Positions 28,957 to 40,371 of a stretch of 64,000 bases of DNA are shown here, one piece after another. This DNA is from Simkaniaceae bacterium (GTDB taxonomy: Bacteria > Chlamydiota > Chlamydiia > Chlamydiales > Simkaniaceae). The stretch is taken from assembly GCA_028281675.1 (NCBI GenBank), contig JANQJL010000057.1:2077-66076 (forward strand), given 5' to 3'. The notes beneath the pieces were generated by a model. The model was not told where the DNA came from and made no database searches. It saw only the letters and a list, made by a program, of their open reading frames with translations. A program made the position numbers and the translations under genes. The number at the start of each line of letters is the position of its first letter. The first letter of the stretch is position 1.

Positions 28957-29607
28957 GTGAAACTGAAAAAATATGATTTAGAAGGAAAAGAACTTGAGGA
29001 GGTTGCAGTCGATGCAAAACTTCTGAAGATTTCCTTAAACCCGCAAGTGATCAAGGACTATGTCGTTGCTGTGCGGAAGAATGCACGGCAGTGGAGCGCC
29101 AATACAAAGGGACGCTCTGAAATCGCCCTATCAAATACCAAGCCTCACCCGCAGAAGGGGACAGGACGGGCAAGGCAAGGGTGCGTTAAGACATCACAAT
29201 ACCGAAAAGGGGCCGTAGTCTTTGGGCCGAAGCCTAAATTTAACCAACACGTTAGAATTAATCGAAAAGAGAGACGGGCTGCTATCCATTACCTTTTAGC
29301 ACAAAAAGTGACAGATGGAGATATCCGTCTCTTAAAGCTGAAGTCTCTAAAAGAACCAAAGACAAAAGCTGTCTGTAAGTTTTTAAAAGAGGCAGGACTC
29401 AATGACAAGAAAGTTCTTTTTCTTTGCGATGAAGGGGAGAAGACTAAGAAGGATCGTGCAAACTTTTATCTGAGTATGCGCAATATTCCAGGTGCCAGGT
29501 TCATGCCATTTGGAAGTATTAGTGGCTACGATCTGATGCGTACGGAACAAGTCGTCATCATCGATACTGCGGAAAAAGAACTGATGCAAGCAATGGGGGG
29601 CAAATAA
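28957..29607 (+). CDS. rplD: 50S ribosomal protein L4
   Basis: GTG start. KGTGRARQG motif. Position after rplC. Confidence 0.93.
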   Translation: MKLKKYDLEGKELEEVAVDAKLLKISLNPQVIKDYVVAVRKNARQWSANTKGRSEIALSNTKPHPQKGTGRARQGCVKTSQYRKGAVVFGPKPKFNQHVRINRKERRAAIHYLLAQKVTDGDIRLLKLKSLKEPKTKAVCKFLKEAGLNDKKVLFLCDEGEKTKKDRANFYLSMRNIPGARFMPFGSISGYDLMRTEQVVIIDTAEKELMQAMGGK

Positions 29608-29945
29608 TGAAAGATAGAAATCCATTCCACGTTATTAAATCTCGCCACATCACAGAAAAGACAACCGTCCTAGAAGGGCTGCAGCACTCAAGCAGCAATA
29701 AATGCACAGCGAAATGTACAAGCCCAAAATATGTCTTTATCGTAGATAGAAATGCAAATAAGAATGAGATTGCTCGCGCTCTTGAGTCGATCTATCTAGA
29801 AAAGAAAATTAAAGTGAAAGCGGTGAATACCATCAATATGAAACCAAAGAAAAGACGGGTTCGTGGTTTCAAGGGTTTTCGTCCTGCAGTAAAAAAAGCA
29901 ATTGTGACCCTAGAGAGTGGCGATGCAATTGATGAAGCCGTTTAG
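29607..29945 (+). CDS. rplW: 50S ribosomal protein L23
   Basis: [11 protein letters not shown] and [15 protein letters not shown]. Position between rplD and rplB. Confidence 0.9.
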   Translation: MKDRNPFHVIKSRHITEKTTVLEGLQHSSSNKCTAKCTSPKYVFIVDRNANKNEIARALESIYLEKKIKVKAVNTINMKPKKRRVRGFKGFRPAVKKAIVTLESGDAIDEAV

Positions 29946-29953
29946 GAGAAACA

Positions 29954-30796
29954 ATGGTTAAGAAATTTCGACCGAGAACACCCGGACAGAGAAAGCTTGT
30001 ACTCCCAAGTTTTGGCCAGTTGACCCGAGTTGCTGGGAAGCGAACAACAATAAAGCCAACGAAGTCGCTCCTTGTTCCGAAAAGGCGAACAAATGGGAGA
30101 AACCACCACGGACATATTACTTGCCGTCATAGAGGTGGAGGCCATAAGCGCTTTTATCGCCTCGTTGACTTTAAAAGAGATAAAGATGGAATCGAAGCAA
30201 ATGTTGCTTCTATTGAGTATGATCCTAACCGCTCTGCTCACGTTGCATTACTAAATTATCGCGATGGGGAGAAAAGATATATTCTCGCTCCTGAAGGGCT
30301 TAAGCAAGGTGATACTTTACTTTCGGGTGAAAAGGCTCCCTTCAAGGTAGGATGTGCGATGAAACTTAAGGGGATGCCTTTAGGTTCAACGATCCATAAT
30401 ATTGAACTCTATCCTGGACGTGGAGGAAAGCTTGTCCGCAGCGCTGGACTTTCAGCACAGCTCATGGCTCGGAGTGGGGGTTATGCCACCCTTAAGATGC
30501 CATCAGGTGAAGTCCGGTTGGTGAGAGACACATGCCGTGCAACCTTTGGTGTTGTGTCTAATGCAGAAAATGCCCTTCGCGTTGAAGGAAAAGCAGGAAG
30601 AACAAGGTGGAAAGGATTTCGGCCAACAGTACGAGGAACCGCGATGAATCCCGTTGACCATCCTCATGGTGGTGGTGAAGGGCGTCATAATGGTTACATT
30701 CCTCAAACTCCATGGGGAATGCAGACTAAGGGGCTCCGTACCCGCTCGAAGAAGAAATCGAAAAAACTGATTGTGAAAGACCGAAGGAAGAAATAA
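29954..30796 (+). CDS. rplB: 50S ribosomal protein L2
   Basis: RHRGGGHKR and [14 protein letters not shown]. Confidence 0.97.
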   Translation: MVKKFRPRTPGQRKLVLPSFGQLTRVAGKRTTIKPTKSLLVPKRRTNGRNHHGHITCRHRGGGHKRFYRLVDFKRDKDGIEANVASIEYDPNRSAHVALLNYRDGEKRYILAPEGLKQGDTLLSGEKAPFKVGCAMKLKGMPLGSTIHNIELYPGRGGKLVRSAGLSAQLMARSGGYATLKMPSGEVRLVRDTCRATFGVVSNAENALRVEGKAGRTRWKGFRPTVRGTAMNPVDHPHGGGEGRHNGYIPQTPWGMQTKGLRTRSKKKSKKLIVKDRRKK

Positions 30797-31059
30797 TGGG
30801 TAGAAGTTTAAGGAAAGGTCCCTTTGTGGATCACCACCTATTGAAAAAGGTAGGGAAGCAAAATCAAGAAGACTCGAAAAAGCCAATTAAAACTTGGTCA
30901 AGAAGGTCAATGATTATTCCGGAAATGATTGGACACACCTTTGAAGTCCATAACGGAAAAAAATTCATCTCAGTGTTTGTATCTGAGAATATGGTTGGCC
31001 AACGCTTAGGGGAATTTTCTCCAACAAGGTTGTTTAAAGGGCACCCAGTTAAGAAATAG
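30796..31059 (+). CDS. rpsS: 30S ribosomal protein S19
   Basis: [12 protein letters not shown] and [23 protein letters not shown]. Confidence 0.97.
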   Translation: MGRSLRKGPFVDHHLLKKVGKQNQEDSKKPIKTWSRRSMIIPEMIGHTFEVHNGKKFISVFVSENMVGQRLGEFSPTRLFKGHPVKK

Positions 31060-31073
31060 AGGAAGATAAAGAA

Positions 31074-31412
31074 ATGCGAGAAGTGACAGCGAAAACGAAA
31101 TATATCCGCATCAGCCCAAGGAAAGCGCGCCTTGCTGCAGGGTTGATTCGAGGTAAGGGTGTTGAAGAAGCACTACTGCAGCTCCTTTATTGTAACTTAA
31201 AGGGAGGGCGGCTTTTAAAGAAGACTCTCGATAGCGCAATTGCAAATGCTGAAACACTCCATAGCGTTCAAAGACGAGACCTGAAAGTTAAAGAAGTGCG
31301 TATTGACGCAGGTCCAACAATGAAGCGGGCAAAGTCAAAGAGCCGTGGTGGAAAGGTACCAATTTTGAAACGGATGAGCCATTTTACAGTCGTCGTTGGA
31401 ACGGAAAATTAA
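31074..31412 (+). CDS. rplV: 50S ribosomal protein L22
   Basis: [23 protein letters not shown]. Confidence 0.95.
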   Translation: MREVTAKTKYIRISPRKARLAAGLIRGKGVEEALLQLLYCNLKGGRLLKKTLDSAIANAETLHSVQRRDLKVKEVRIDAGPTMKRAKSKSRGGKVPILKRMSHFTVVVGTEN

Positions 31413-31421
31413 AGAGGAAAC

Positions 31422-32051
31422 ATGGGACAAAAAACATCGCCAATTGGATTTAGACTCGCCCTTACAAAGAAGTGGAAATCTCTATGGTTTGCTAACAAGA
31501 AAGAATTTGGACGCCATCTCTTTGAAGACAAAATAATGCGTGATTTTTTGATGAAAAAGCCATGCTGCGTTGGAACCGCTGAGATTGTCATCAAAAGGAT
31601 GTCTGAAAAAATTGAAGTGACACTTCACACTGCTCGCCCAGGACTTGTCATTGGAAAGAAAGGAGCAGAAATTGAAACCATGAAGCAGGAGCTTAAGAAG
31701 CTAACAGGAAAGGAAATCTGGATCGAAGTTGCAGAGATCAAACGTCCTGACCTCGATGCAAAGCTTGTTGCAGAAGCGATTGCCAAGCAGCTTGAAAGAC
31801 GTGTTGCTTTTAGACGCGTTTTAAAGAAATCGATTCAAGCAACAATGGATGCAGGTGCTGCAGGAATCAAAGTACAGATATCTGGACGGATTGGCGGAGC
31901 GGAAATAGCGCGAACCGAGTGGTATAAAGAAGGGCAAATCCCTCTCCATACTCTCCGTGCAAATATCCAATATGCCACAGCGAGAGCTGAAACAACTTAT
32001 GGCTCGATTGGGGTCAAGGTTTGGATTAATAAAGGCGAACAACACGGATAA
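31422..32051 (+). CDS. rpsC: 30S ribosomal protein S3
   Basis: MGQKTSPIGFRL and a KH domain (PGLVIGKKGAEIE). Confidence 0.97.
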   Translation: MGQKTSPIGFRLALTKKWKSLWFANKKEFGRHLFEDKIMRDFLMKKPCCVGTAEIVIKRMSEKIEVTLHTARPGLVIGKKGAEIETMKQELKKLTGKEIWIEVAEIKRPDLDAKLVAEAIAKQLERRVAFRRVLKKSIQATMDAGAAGIKVQISGRIGGAEIARTEWYKEGQIPLHTLRANIQYATARAETTYGSIGVKVWINKGEQHG

Positions 32052-32071
32052 GAAATTAGGAGAATTTCAAA

Positions 32072-32491
32072 ATGGCATTGATACCCTCTCGCCCTAAGCA
32101 TCGAAAGCAAATGAAAGGCTCGATGAGCGGAAAAGCTAAAGGCGGACAATTTGTTGATTTTGGCGAATATGGAATGCAAATCCTTGACCGTGGACGAATT
32201 ACTAATCAACAAATCGAAGCATGTCGTGTAGCGATCACTCGCTACTTTAGCCGAAAAGGAAAAGTGTGGATTCGCATTTTCCCCGATAAACCGATTTCAA
32301 AGAAGCCGGCAGAAACTCGTATGGGAAAAGGAAAGGGAGGAACAGATCACTGGGTAGCAGTGGTACGTCCAGGAAGAATCCTCTTCGAAGTAGCAAACGT
32401 TTCTAAGGATGAAGCAAAAAAAGCCCTAGTAAAAGCGGCCGCGAAGCTTCCCTATCGGACACGGTTTGTGCAGCGAGTTGAAAAGGTTTAA
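32072..32491 (+). CDS. rplP: 50S ribosomal protein L16
   Basis: PKHRKQMKG and [14 protein letters not shown]. Confidence 0.97.
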   Translation: MALIPSRPKHRKQMKGSMSGKAKGGQFVDFGEYGMQILDRGRITNQQIEACRVAITRYFSRKGKVWIRIFPDKPISKKPAETRMGKGKGGTDHWVAVVRPGRILFEVANVSKDEAKKALVKAAAKLPYRTRFVQRVEKV

Positions 32492-32502
32492 GGAGACTGG
32501 AA

Positions 32503-32709
32503 ATGTTGAAAGCAAGCGAACTAGCAAGTCTATCGAATGAAGAACTAGAGGCTCAGTACGATGACATCTGTCGAGATATTTTTGAGCTTATTAACGAACT
32601 CAGAGTTTCGAGAAAGTTAGAAAAGCCCCACGAACTTAAAGAAAAGAAAAAAGATCGGGCGCGAATCCTTACTGTTTTGCGTCAAAAGAAAAGCAAAGGA
32701 TCAGCATAA
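32503..32709 (+). CDS. rpmC: 50S ribosomal protein L29
   Basis: 68 aa. LSNEELEAQYDD...ELRVSR. Position between rplP and rpsQ. Confidence 0.9.
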   Translation: MLKASELASLSNEELEAQYDDICRDIFELINELRVSRKLEKPHELKEKKKDRARILTVLRQKKSKGSA

Positions 32710-32715
32710 AGAGCT

Positions 32716-32964
32716 ATGGAAGCACAAGGAAGAAAAAAAGTTAGAGAAGGAGTCGTCCTCTCAGCAAAGATGGATAAAACCGTCACTGTTAATGTTGAAA
32801 GAACAACCCTTCATCCCCGTTATAAGAAAGTAGTAAAGCGGGGCAAAAAATGCTATGCGCACAATGAAAAAAGAGATCTAAAAGTAGGTCAGCGCGTTCG
32901 GATTCAAGAAACCCGCCCCCTTTCTAAGTTAAAGCGCTGGATCGTAGTGGATGTGCTTTCTTAA
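32716..32964 (+). CDS. rpsQ: 30S ribosomal protein S17
   Basis: [27 protein letters not shown]. Confidence 0.95.
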   Translation: MEAQGRKKVREGVVLSAKMDKTVTVNVERTTLHPRYKKVVKRGKKCYAHNEKRDLKVGQRVRIQETRPLSKLKRWIVVDVLS

Positions 32965-32991
32965 AAATAATATACGAATGAGTGAGAGACG

Positions 32992-33360
32992 ATGATTCAA
33001 CAAGAAACAGAACTAGAAGTAGCTGATAACAGCGGAGCCAAGCGGGTAAAGTGTTTTAAAGTTCTTCGTGGAACACGAAGACGGTATGCGCACGTTGGTG
33101 ATATCGTTATTTGTTCGGTGAAGGAAGCTGATCCAAAGGCAAGTGTGAAAAAAGGTGCTGTTATTAAGGCTGTCATCGTAAGAACAAAGAGCTATGTCCG
33201 GAGAAAAGATGGATCAATGATTAGATTCTATGACAATAGCTGTGTCCTTATTGATGATAAACAAAACCCTAGAGGAACGCGGATCTTTGGCCCTGTTGCT
33301 AGAGAAGTACGAGACCGTGGATTTATTAAAATTAGCTCACTTGCCCCCGAAGTGATTTAA
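32992..33360 (+). CDS. rplN: 50S ribosomal protein L14
   Basis: [17 protein letters not shown]. Confidence 0.97.
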   Translation: MIQQETELEVADNSGAKRVKCFKVLRGTRRRYAHVGDIVICSVKEADPKASVKKGAVIKAVIVRTKSYVRRKDGSMIRFYDNSCVLIDDKQNPRGTRIFGPVAREVRDRGFIKISSLAPEVI

Positions 33361-33375
33361 AGAGGAAGCAAAAAA

Positions 33376-33738
33376 ATGAAGCAGAAATGGATCAAAATAG
33401 GTGATAAAGTCCTTGTTATCAGTGGAAACGATCGGGGAAGAGTTGGTGCGGTCATTGCCAAGAAAGACTCGCAAATTCTTGTCCAGGGGGTCAATATTCG
33501 CAAAAAACATATGAAAGCTAGGGAGCAAGGACAAAAGTCTGAGATTATTAGCATGGAAAAACCTATCCATATCTCAAATGTTGCTCTTTGTAATGGAGAT
33601 GGGAAGAAGCTCAAGCTAAAGGTAAAGCTTGGGAAGGATGGATCAAAAGATCTCGTTTATCTCGATAACGAAAAAGAGGTTAATTACCGAACATTAAAGA
33701 AACCGCTCAAGTCGCAAGGACAAAAGAAGAATGTCTAG
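33376..33738 (+). CDS. rplX: 50S ribosomal protein L24
   Basis: KOW motif [20 protein letters not shown]. Confidence 0.93.
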   Translation: MKQKWIKIGDKVLVISGNDRGRVGAVIAKKDSQILVQGVNIRKKHMKAREQGQKSEIISMEKPIHISNVALCNGDGKKLKLKVKLGKDGSKDLVYLDNEKEVNYRTLKKPLKSQGQKKNV

Positions 33739-34267
33739 ATTAAAGAAGAGATACCACGAAGAAATTAAAGAAGAGCTCAAAAAGAAGTTCTCTTATTCAA
33801 ATCCGATGAAGACCCCAGAGCTAAAGAAAATTGTCATTAGCATGGGAGTTGCAGAAGCGGTTAAGGATAAGAATATCATGCAGGACTGCGTGAAAGAACT
33901 CGCATTGATCTCAGGGCAAAAGCCTCTTGTCACGCGAGCAAAAAAATCAGTAGCGAACTTTAAACTCCGAGAAGGACAAGCAGTCGGAGCCATGGTGACC
34001 CTTCGTGGGAAACGGATGTATGATTTTTTTGATCGATTTTGTAATATCGTCTGTCCCAGGATTCGTGACTTTCGTGGATTCAAGAAAAAAGGGGACAAGA
34101 GCGGAAATTATTCATTAGGATTAACTGAGCAGCAAGTCTTCCCAGAGCTCAACCTTGATGAAGTTAAAAGAGAGCAAGGGATGAATATTACATTCGTGAC
34201 TTCGGCTGAAAGTGATGAAGAAGGTCTTGAATTATTAACCTTGCTTGGACTTCCATATAAGCGCTAA
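33731..34267 (+). CDS. rplE: 50S ribosomal protein L5
   Basis: [31 protein letters not shown] and [13 protein letters not shown]. Confidence 0.96.
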   Translation: MSRLKKRYHEEIKEELKKKFSYSNPMKTPELKKIVISMGVAEAVKDKNIMQDCVKELALISGQKPLVTRAKKSVANFKLREGQAVGAMVTLRGKRMYDFFDRFCNIVCPRIRDFRGFKKKGDKSGNYSLGLTEQQVFPELNLDEVKREQGMNITFVTSAESDEEGLELLTLLGLPYKR

Positions 34268-34282
34268 ACTCAAGAGGATAAA

Positions 34283-34678
34283 ATGGCAACTAGCGACACA
34301 GTAGCAGATCTACTCACAAGAATTCGAAATGCGAAAGACGCAAAGCATAAATATGTTGATGTAAGATTCAGCAAACTGAATCAATCAATCATCGATGTCC
34401 TTAAGGATAAAGGTTATGTTACAAGCTTTTTGGTGAATGCAAAGAAACGGCAGATTCGCGTTTTTTTAAAGTATATCAAAAACACAAGAGACAATGTGAT
34501 TCATGGCCTTAAGAGAATGTCTAAACCAGGACTCCGAAACTATGTAGGATATCAAAATATTCCTAGAGTTTTTAGTGGGCTTGGGATTGCAATTCTCTCA
34601 ACACCCTCTGGTGTCATTGAGGGAGAAAAGGCTAGAGAGCTTAAAGTTGGCGGAGAACTTCTCTGTTTAGTTTGGTAA
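34283..34678 (+). CDS. rpsH: 30S ribosomal protein S8
   Basis: DTVADLLTRIRNA. C-terminal GGELLCLVW. Confidence 0.96.
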   Translation: MATSDTVADLLTRIRNAKDAKHKYVDVRFSKLNQSIIDVLKDKGYVTSFLVNAKKRQIRVFLKYIKNTRDNVIHGLKRMSKPGLRNYVGYQNIPRVFSGLGIAILSTPSGVIEGEKARELKVGGELLCLVW

Positions 34679-34695
34679 AGTTAGGAAAATAAAAA

Positions 34696-35238
34696 ATGTC
34701 ACGATTAGGTAAAACGCCCATTACACTCCCCAAAGGAGTTGAAGTCAAAGGATCCGAGAGGGAGATCGAAATTAAAGGCCCCAAAGGAGCGATAACAAAG
34801 CATTTTCCAGAAGGAATCTCATTAAAAATCGAAGAAGGGGAAGTCTTCGTTCAATATGATGAAAAATCAGGCCTTCCAAAACCGATGTATGGTCTTTATC
34901 GCTCTCTATTAAATAATGCGATTTTAGGTGTAAGCGAGGGTTTTAAAAAAGAGCTTAGCTTAATAGGAGTTGGATACCGTGCTGCGGTAAAAGGGAATGC
35001 CTTAGACCTTCAGCTTGGGTTTTCCCATCCCTCGCAACTGGATATCCCGAGTGACATTCAGGTGGCAGTCGAAAAAAGTACACTGATTAAGATTAGCGGA
35101 GTTGACAAGCAACTTGTAGGACAATTTGCTGCCAATGTGCGTGCGTTAAGACCTCCAGAGCCTTATAAAGGAAAAGGGATTCGTTATGTCGATGAATATG
35201 TCCGCAAGAAAGCGGGTAAATCAGCTAAAGGGAAATAA
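34696..35238 (+). CDS. rplF: 50S ribosomal protein L6
   Basis: MSRLGKTPITLPKGVEV and PEPYKGKGIRY. Confidence 0.96.
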   Translation: MSRLGKTPITLPKGVEVKGSEREIEIKGPKGAITKHFPEGISLKIEEGEVFVQYDEKSGLPKPMYGLYRSLLNNAILGVSEGFKKELSLIGVGYRAAVKGNALDLQLGFSHPSQLDIPSDIQVAVEKSTLIKISGVDKQLVGQFAANVRALRPPEPYKGKGIRYVDEYVRKKAGKSAKGK

Positions 35239-35241
35239 GAG

Positions 35242-35604
35242 ATGTCTCAGAAACTAAAAAAACTCACTAAAATTCGAAAAAATCGTGTGATGCGCATCCG
35301 GAAAAAATTGCGTGGCAATGCAGAGAAACCTCGTCTTTGTGTGACTAAATCGATCAACCATATTGGCGCTCAGCTCATTGATGATGAGAAGGGGATAACC
35401 CTCGCGAGTTTTAGTACTCTTGTAAAAGAGATGAAGGAAAAAAAGCGATCAAAGACAAGTGCAAAAGAGGTCGGTGAGAAGATTGGCGCGCTTGCTAAAG
35501 AAAAGAAAATCGAGCGTGTTGTATTCGATCGTGGTCGGTATAAATATCATGGACTCATTGCTGAAGTAGCCAATGGCGCTCGCGAAAAAGGAATTAAATT
35601 TTAG
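35242..35604 (+). CDS. rplR: 50S ribosomal protein L18
   Basis: KPRLCVTKSINHIGAQLIDD and FDRGRYKYHGLIAEVANGAREKGIKF. Confidence 0.95.
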   Translation: MSQKLKKLTKIRKNRVMRIRKKLRGNAEKPRLCVTKSINHIGAQLIDDEKGITLASFSTLVKEMKEKKRSKTSAKEVGEKIGALAKEKKIERVVFDRGRYKYHGLIAEVANGAREKGIKF

Positions 35605-35613
35605 GAATATTGC

Positions 35614-36111
35614 ATGACGAAGAAAGGGAAAAAAGAAGTAGATTTCGACACCGAATTTGAAGAGAAAGTTCTCTATATCAACCGTTGTTCTAAAGTGGTA
35701 AAGGGAGGGCGTAAGTTTAGCTTTTCTGCCTTAGTCATTGTTGGAGATGGGAATGGCCGGATCGGTGTTGGTTTTGCTAAAGCAAACGAAGTAGCTGATG
35801 CTATCCGCAAAGGGGGCGAAGCGGCACGAAAGAACGTTGTGACCTTTGAGCTAGAAGGGACCACAATTCCTCATGAAATTATTTCCGATTGGGATGGAGC
35901 AAAAGTCATGCTTAAGCCTGCTAAGGAAGGAACAGGAATTATTGCAGGATCAAAACCTCGCGCCGTTCTAGAAGTTAGTGGTATTAAAGATGTTGTTGCA
36001 AAAAGGCTTGGATCAAACAATCCACTAAACCAAGTTAGAGCAACACTTAAAGCTCTTATAAACCTAAGAAATAGACAAGCGACACTTGATGCAAGAGGAG
36101 CTTCCGTATGA
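35614..36111 (+). CDS. rpsE: 30S ribosomal protein S5
   Basis: RCSKVVKGGRKFSFSALVIVGDGNGRIGVGFAKANEV. Confidence 0.96.
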   Translation: MTKKGKKEVDFDTEFEEKVLYINRCSKVVKGGRKFSFSALVIVGDGNGRIGVGFAKANEVADAIRKGGEAARKNVVTFELEGTTIPHEIISDWDGAKVMLKPAKEGTGIIAGSKPRAVLEVSGIKDVVAKRLGSNNPLNQVRATLKALINLRNRQATLDARGASV

Positions 36112-36554
36112 AATTATCAGAGTTAAAAAATACACAGCTAAAGAAAAGAACCAAAAGGGTTGGTAGAGGCCCGGGTTCAAAAATGGGTAAAACATCTTGC
36201 CGTGGTCATAAAGGAGATAAATCTCGTTCAGGTTACAAAAGACGTGGAGGAAAAGAAGGAGGGCAGCTCCCTCTTTATCAAAAGCTTCCACACCGCGGGT
36301 TTTCAAATAGCCGTTTTAAAGTCTCCGTTTATGCAATCAATCTCGGTAGACTTAACGATTGCTTCGAAGATGGAGAAACCATCAATAAAGAGACACTCAT
36401 GCAAAAAGGATTTCCGATGCGTCGGATGAAAGGTGGGTTTAGAGTCCTTGCAGGTGGAGATATCACGAAGAAAGTCGTAATTGAAGCAAATCACTTTTCT
36501 AAAGGTGCTGTAGTCAAGTTAGAAAAGCAAGGAATAGAATTTAAACGTATCTAG
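36108..36554 (+). CDS. rplO: 50S ribosomal protein L15
   Basis: [21 protein letters not shown]. Overlaps the rpsE stop. No rpmD in between. Confidence 0.94.
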   Translation: MKLSELKNTQLKKRTKRVGRGPGSKMGKTSCRGHKGDKSRSGYKRRGGKEGGQLPLYQKLPHRGFSNSRFKVSVYAINLGRLNDCFEDGETINKETLMQKGFPMRRMKGGFRVLAGGDITKKVVIEANHFSKGAVVKLEKQGIEFKRI

Positions 36555-36559
36555 GTTAT

Positions 36560-37933
36560 ATGTTTCAGGCGATAAAAAGAATCTTCTCGATAGAAGAGGT
36601 GAAGGCAAAAATTCTCTTCACGTTACTCATGCTTTTGATTTGCCGAATTGGAGCATACATTCCAGTTCCTGGAATCAATGGAGATACGGTTGTTCAAGTC
36701 TTTCGTCAGATGACAGGGGGATCACAAAACCTTTTTCAACTCGTTGATATTTTTTCTGGTGGAGCCTTTGCGCAGATGACAGTCGTTGCACTTGGTGTCA
36801 TGCCCTATATTTCTGCGTCGATCATCATGCAAATCTTAGTAGCTGTTGTCCCTTCTCTTCAACGTGAGATGAAAGAAAATGGAGAAGCTGGAAAGAGGAA
36901 AATGGGAAAGGGGATCCGGATATTAACGATATTCCTCGCCCTTTTTCAATCTGCTCTCCTTGCAAAATATGCCTTAAGCTTAAACCTTTCCCATCCTGGA
37001 ATCATTATGAGTGACATTTTAAACGCTCAGTTGTTTGGACTTCCTTGGCTCTTTTACCTAGTTGTTATGACAGCAATGAGCACAGGAACCCTTTTCTTAA
37101 TGTGGATTGGGGAACAGATTACTGAACGTGGCATTGGAAATGGAATTAGTTTAATCATTTCCATAGGGATCCTTTCCTCCCTTCCTAGGACCATGGGAAC
37201 GATTCTCAGGCAGTTGAATCTCGATTCACAAGAACCTGGCCAGATGACTTTTTCATCGATAGTGATTCTATCCATTGTCTTTGTCATGATTATCCTCGGA
37301 ACAATCATGATTATTCAAGGAACGCGGAAGATTCCTCTTCAATATGCTAGACGTGTTGTTGGGCGGCGTGAAAGTCAGGGAGGAAGTTCGCATATCCCTC
37401 TTAAAATCAATTATGCAGGTGTCATTCCTGTGATTTTTGCCTCTGCTTTGCTAATGTTTCCAGCAACCATTGCACAGTTTTTAAGCAAGGGAACTTGGCT
37501 TGCTTCAGTGGTGGGATGGCTCTCTCCAGGAAGCTGGGTTTATACCGTTTTATTTGTCCTCCTTATCTTATTTTTTACCTATTTTTGGACGGCAACACAA
37601 TTTCACCCCGAGCAAATCGCTTCAGATATGAAGAAAAATGGAGCATTTATTCCTGGGGTTAGACAAGGGCGGCCTACACAAGAATTTTTAGAATCGACAA
37701 TGAACCGGATTACCCTTGTAGGAGCAATTTTTTTAGCACTGATCGCAATTTTGCCAACATTAGTAGGTAAAGTTTTAAGTGTAGATGCATCGATTAGTCA
37801 TTTTTTTGGGGGAACCTCCCTCCTTATTCTAGTGGGGGTTGTCCTGGATACAACGAAACAGATTGAATCTCACCTTCTGATGAAGCGTTATGATGGCTTC
37901 ATGAAGAAGGGGAGAATTACAGGTAGGATATAA
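36560..37933 (+). CDS. secY: preprotein translocase subunit SecY
   Basis: 457 aa, 10 TM segments. [15 protein letters not shown] and [19 protein letters not shown]. Confidence 0.97.
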   Translation: MFQAIKRIFSIEEVKAKILFTLLMLLICRIGAYIPVPGINGDTVVQVFRQMTGGSQNLFQLVDIFSGGAFAQMTVVALGVMPYISASIIMQILVAVVPSLQREMKENGEAGKRKMGKGIRILTIFLALFQSALLAKYALSLNLSHPGIIMSDILNAQLFGLPWLFYLVVMTAMSTGTLFLMWIGEQITERGIGNGISLIISIGILSSLPRTMGTILRQLNLDSQEPGQMTFSSIVILSIVFVMIILGTIMIIQGTRKIPLQYARRVVGRRESQGGSSHIPLKINYAGVIPVIFASALLMFPATIAQFLSKGTWLASVVGWLSPGSWVYTVLFVLLILFFTYFWTATQFHPEQIASDMKKNGAFIPGVRQGRPTQEFLESTMNRITLVGAIFLALIAILPTLVGKVLSVDASISHFFGGTSLLILVGVVLDTTKQIESHLLMKRYDGFMKKGRITGRI

Positions 37934-38007
37934 AGAGCATTGAATTCTTTATTGGATTATGCTAATATCCTATCTACAAATAACGAATTAAAGAAGGATT
38001 TTAACCT

Positions 38008-38382
38008 ATGCCTCGTGTGATTGGAATCGACATTCCGGGTAACAAGCGCCTAGTGATCAGCCTTACCTATATTTATGGAATTGGAAACGCTGTCTCTGAT
38101 GAGATTGTTAAAAAACTAGGACTAGATCCGAATATGCGTGCTCATAACCTCACTGATGAGGATGTCTCAAAACTCAATGCGATGTTGACATCTGAATATG
38201 TTTTGGAAGGGGACCTGAGACGACAAGTACAAAATAATATTAAAAGGCTCATTAGTACGAGTGCCTATCGTGGATTGAGGCATCGAGTAGGTCTACCAAC
38301 AAGGGGACAACGGACTCGCACTAATGCCCGTACCCGTAAAGGGAAAAAGAAAACCGTTGCTGGGAAGAAAAAAGCCGTTTAA
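38008..38382 (+). CDS. rpsM: 30S ribosomal protein S13
   Basis: [14 protein letters not shown] and [26 protein letters not shown]. Confidence 0.97.
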   Translation: MPRVIGIDIPGNKRLVISLTYIYGIGNAVSDEIVKKLGLDPNMRAHNLTDEDVSKLNAMLTSEYVLEGDLRRQVQNNIKRLISTSAYRGLRHRVGLPTRGQRTRTNARTRKGKKKTVAGKKKAV

Positions 38383-38409
38383 TTGAGCGCATCGAAATAG
38401 GAGTAACAA

Positions 38410-38835
38410 TTGGCTAAAAAAGAAAAAGTTGCTAAAAAGACTATGGTTAAAAAGCCGCCAGTCAAAATAAAAAAGAAAGTCGCTAGAACTGTCCCTAGTG
38501 GAGTTGCACATGTTAAAGCAACATTTAATAATACCATCGTTTCTATTACCGATCCTTCTGGAAATGTCGTTTCTTGGGCAAGCGCTGGAAAAGTAAACTT
38601 TACTGGTTCAAGAAAATCATCTGCATATGCTGCCACTGTTGCAGCACAAGATGCAGGGAAAATAGCGATGAACTCTGGAATGAAAGAAGTTGAAGTTTCT
38701 TTGAAAGGACCTGGGGCAGGACGTGAGTCTGCTGTAAGAGGCCTTCAAAGTGCTGGATTGATCATCACACTTATTAAAGATAAGACTCCTATCCCCCATA
38801 ATGGATGTCGTCCTAGAAAAAGACGCCGAGTATAA
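38410..38835 (+). CDS. rpsK: 30S ribosomal protein S11
   Basis: [18 protein letters not shown] and [16 protein letters not shown] start 7 nt after AGGAG. Confidence 0.95.
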   Translation: MAKKEKVAKKTMVKKPPVKIKKKVARTVPSGVAHVKATFNNTIVSITDPSGNVVSWASAGKVNFTGSRKSSAYAATVAAQDAGKIAMNSGMKEVEVSLKGPGAGRESAVRGLQSAGLIITLIKDKTPIPHNGCRPRKRRRV

Positions 38836-38851
38836 GTAGAGGAATAAACCT

Positions 38852-39949
38852 ATGACCGTTAAGTATGGCAAATTTGAGCTGCCGACGAATATCAAAATTG
38901 AAGAAGCAAGCAAAACAGAAACGTTTTCTCGCTTCATTGCAGAAGCTTTTGAAAGGGGTTTTGGACATACAGTTGGGAGTGCTCTCAGACGTATCATGCT
39001 AGGCTCTCTGGAAGCCCCTTCTCTCATTTCAGTAAGAATTGAGGGAGTACCACACGAGTATATCGCTGTCGATGGTGTCATTGAAGATATGACCCACATT
39101 ATCCTAAATTTCAAAGGAGCTCTTCTTAGAAAGCTCCCTCTTGAAGAAAATCGAGATACACGTGGCCCAAAACTCATCTCTAAAACGCTTGAAGTTACGC
39201 AAGAGATGTTAGATGCTGGTGGTGGACAATATGCTGTGACATTTAAAGATGTGATGGGTGAGTCTGACTTTGAAATGGTCAACCCTGATCACCACCTTTT
39301 CAATGTGACAAAGACAATGAAGAAACGGGTCGATCTTAAAGTTGCGATTGGAAGGGGATATGTTCCTTCTGAGCGCCATGAGATCGTAGATAAAGTTGTT
39401 GATGAGATCATCATTGACTCAGCATTTTCTCCCGTTCGCCGAGTGAATTACTTTGTAGAAAACACTCGTGTTGGACAAGATACTGACTATGACCGTCTGA
39501 TCCTCGAAGTGACAACCGATGGAAGAGTTACACCTCAAGAAGCATTGACCTTTGCAACCCAGATTGGAGTTCTCCATCTTGGAGTCTTTGATACACTAAA
39601 ATTCCAAGATCTATCATTTGATCATGAGGAACTAGAATCTGATACCGATCGTGATGAACTACTTAGCAAGTTAGCTCTTCGAATCAATGAAATTGAACTT
39701 TCTGTCCGCTCAACTAACTGCTTAGCGCAAGCTAATATCGATACGATTGCAGAGCTTGTTATTATGCCTGAGCCAGAAATGCTTAAGTTCAGAAACTTTG
39801 GTAAGAAATCACTCAATGAGATCAAAGCAAAGCTTGAAGATATGAACCTTCATCTTGGAATGGATCTTTCCCGCTATGGCATCACAAGGGATAATGTCCG
39901 TCAAGTGGTTGATGAATATTTAGAAGAAAAATCAGGACAGGAAACATGA
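38852..39949 (+). CDS. rpoA: DNA-directed RNA polymerase alpha subunit
   Basis: GFGHTVGSALRRIML. C-terminal domain LSVRSTNCLAQANIDTIAELV. Confidence 0.97.
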   Translation: MTVKYGKFELPTNIKIEEASKTETFSRFIAEAFERGFGHTVGSALRRIMLGSLEAPSLISVRIEGVPHEYIAVDGVIEDMTHIILNFKGALLRKLPLEENRDTRGPKLISKTLEVTQEMLDAGGGQYAVTFKDVMGESDFEMVNPDHHLFNVTKTMKKRVDLKVAIGRGYVPSERHEIVDKVVDEIIIDSAFSPVRRVNYFVENTRVGQDTDYDRLILEVTTDGRVTPQEALTFATQIGVLHLGVFDTLKFQDLSFDHEELESDTDRDELLSKLALRINEIELSVRSTNCLAQANIDTIAELVIMPEPEMLKFRNFGKKSLNEIKAKLEDMNLHLGMDLSRYGITRDNVRQVVDEYLEEKSGQET

Positions 39950-40371
39950 GACACCACAAACGGACAGTAAAACTTAATCGGAACGGGTCGCATCGCCGCG
40001 CTATGATGGCAAATATGCTAAAAGCTCTCGTAGAACATGGGCGGATTGAAACAACTGTTGCCAAGGCTAAAGCACTTAGAGGTCATGCTGATCGTTTAAT
40101 CACCCTTGCTAAGAAAAACACTCTAGCAAGTAGGCGCGCAGCGATTGCTAAAATGATGGTAAGTTATAATTCTCTTTCATCGAAGGAAACGCGCTTAGCA
40201 AAAAAAGGGGATACAGCGTCGCACAATACCGATCGCAAAGTTGTTGGTAAGCTCTTTGATGAACTATCCCAACGGTACACCACTCGAGATGGTGGATATA
40301 CCCGCATCGTTCGCAAGGAAAACCGACAAGGGGACAGTTCTTCCCTCTGTATTATAGAATATGTCCAGTAA
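39946..40371 (+). CDS. rplQ: 50S ribosomal protein L17
   Basis: MRHHKRTVKLNRNGSHRRAMMANM and GGYTRIV. Confidence 0.96.
   Translation: MRHHKRTVKLNRNGSHRRAMMANMLKALVEHGRIETTVAKAKALRGHADRLITLAKKNTLASRRAAIAKMMVSYNSLSSKETRLAKKGDTASHNTDRKVVGKLFDELSQRYTTRDGGYTRIVRKENRQGDSSSLCIIEYVQ

Noticed and set aside
38617-39282. 221-aa minus-strand ORF
   Set aside because: It lies entirely antisense to the unambiguous rpsK and rpoA genes. Its composition is Ser/Arg/Cys-rich and low-complexity. It is a shadow ORF.
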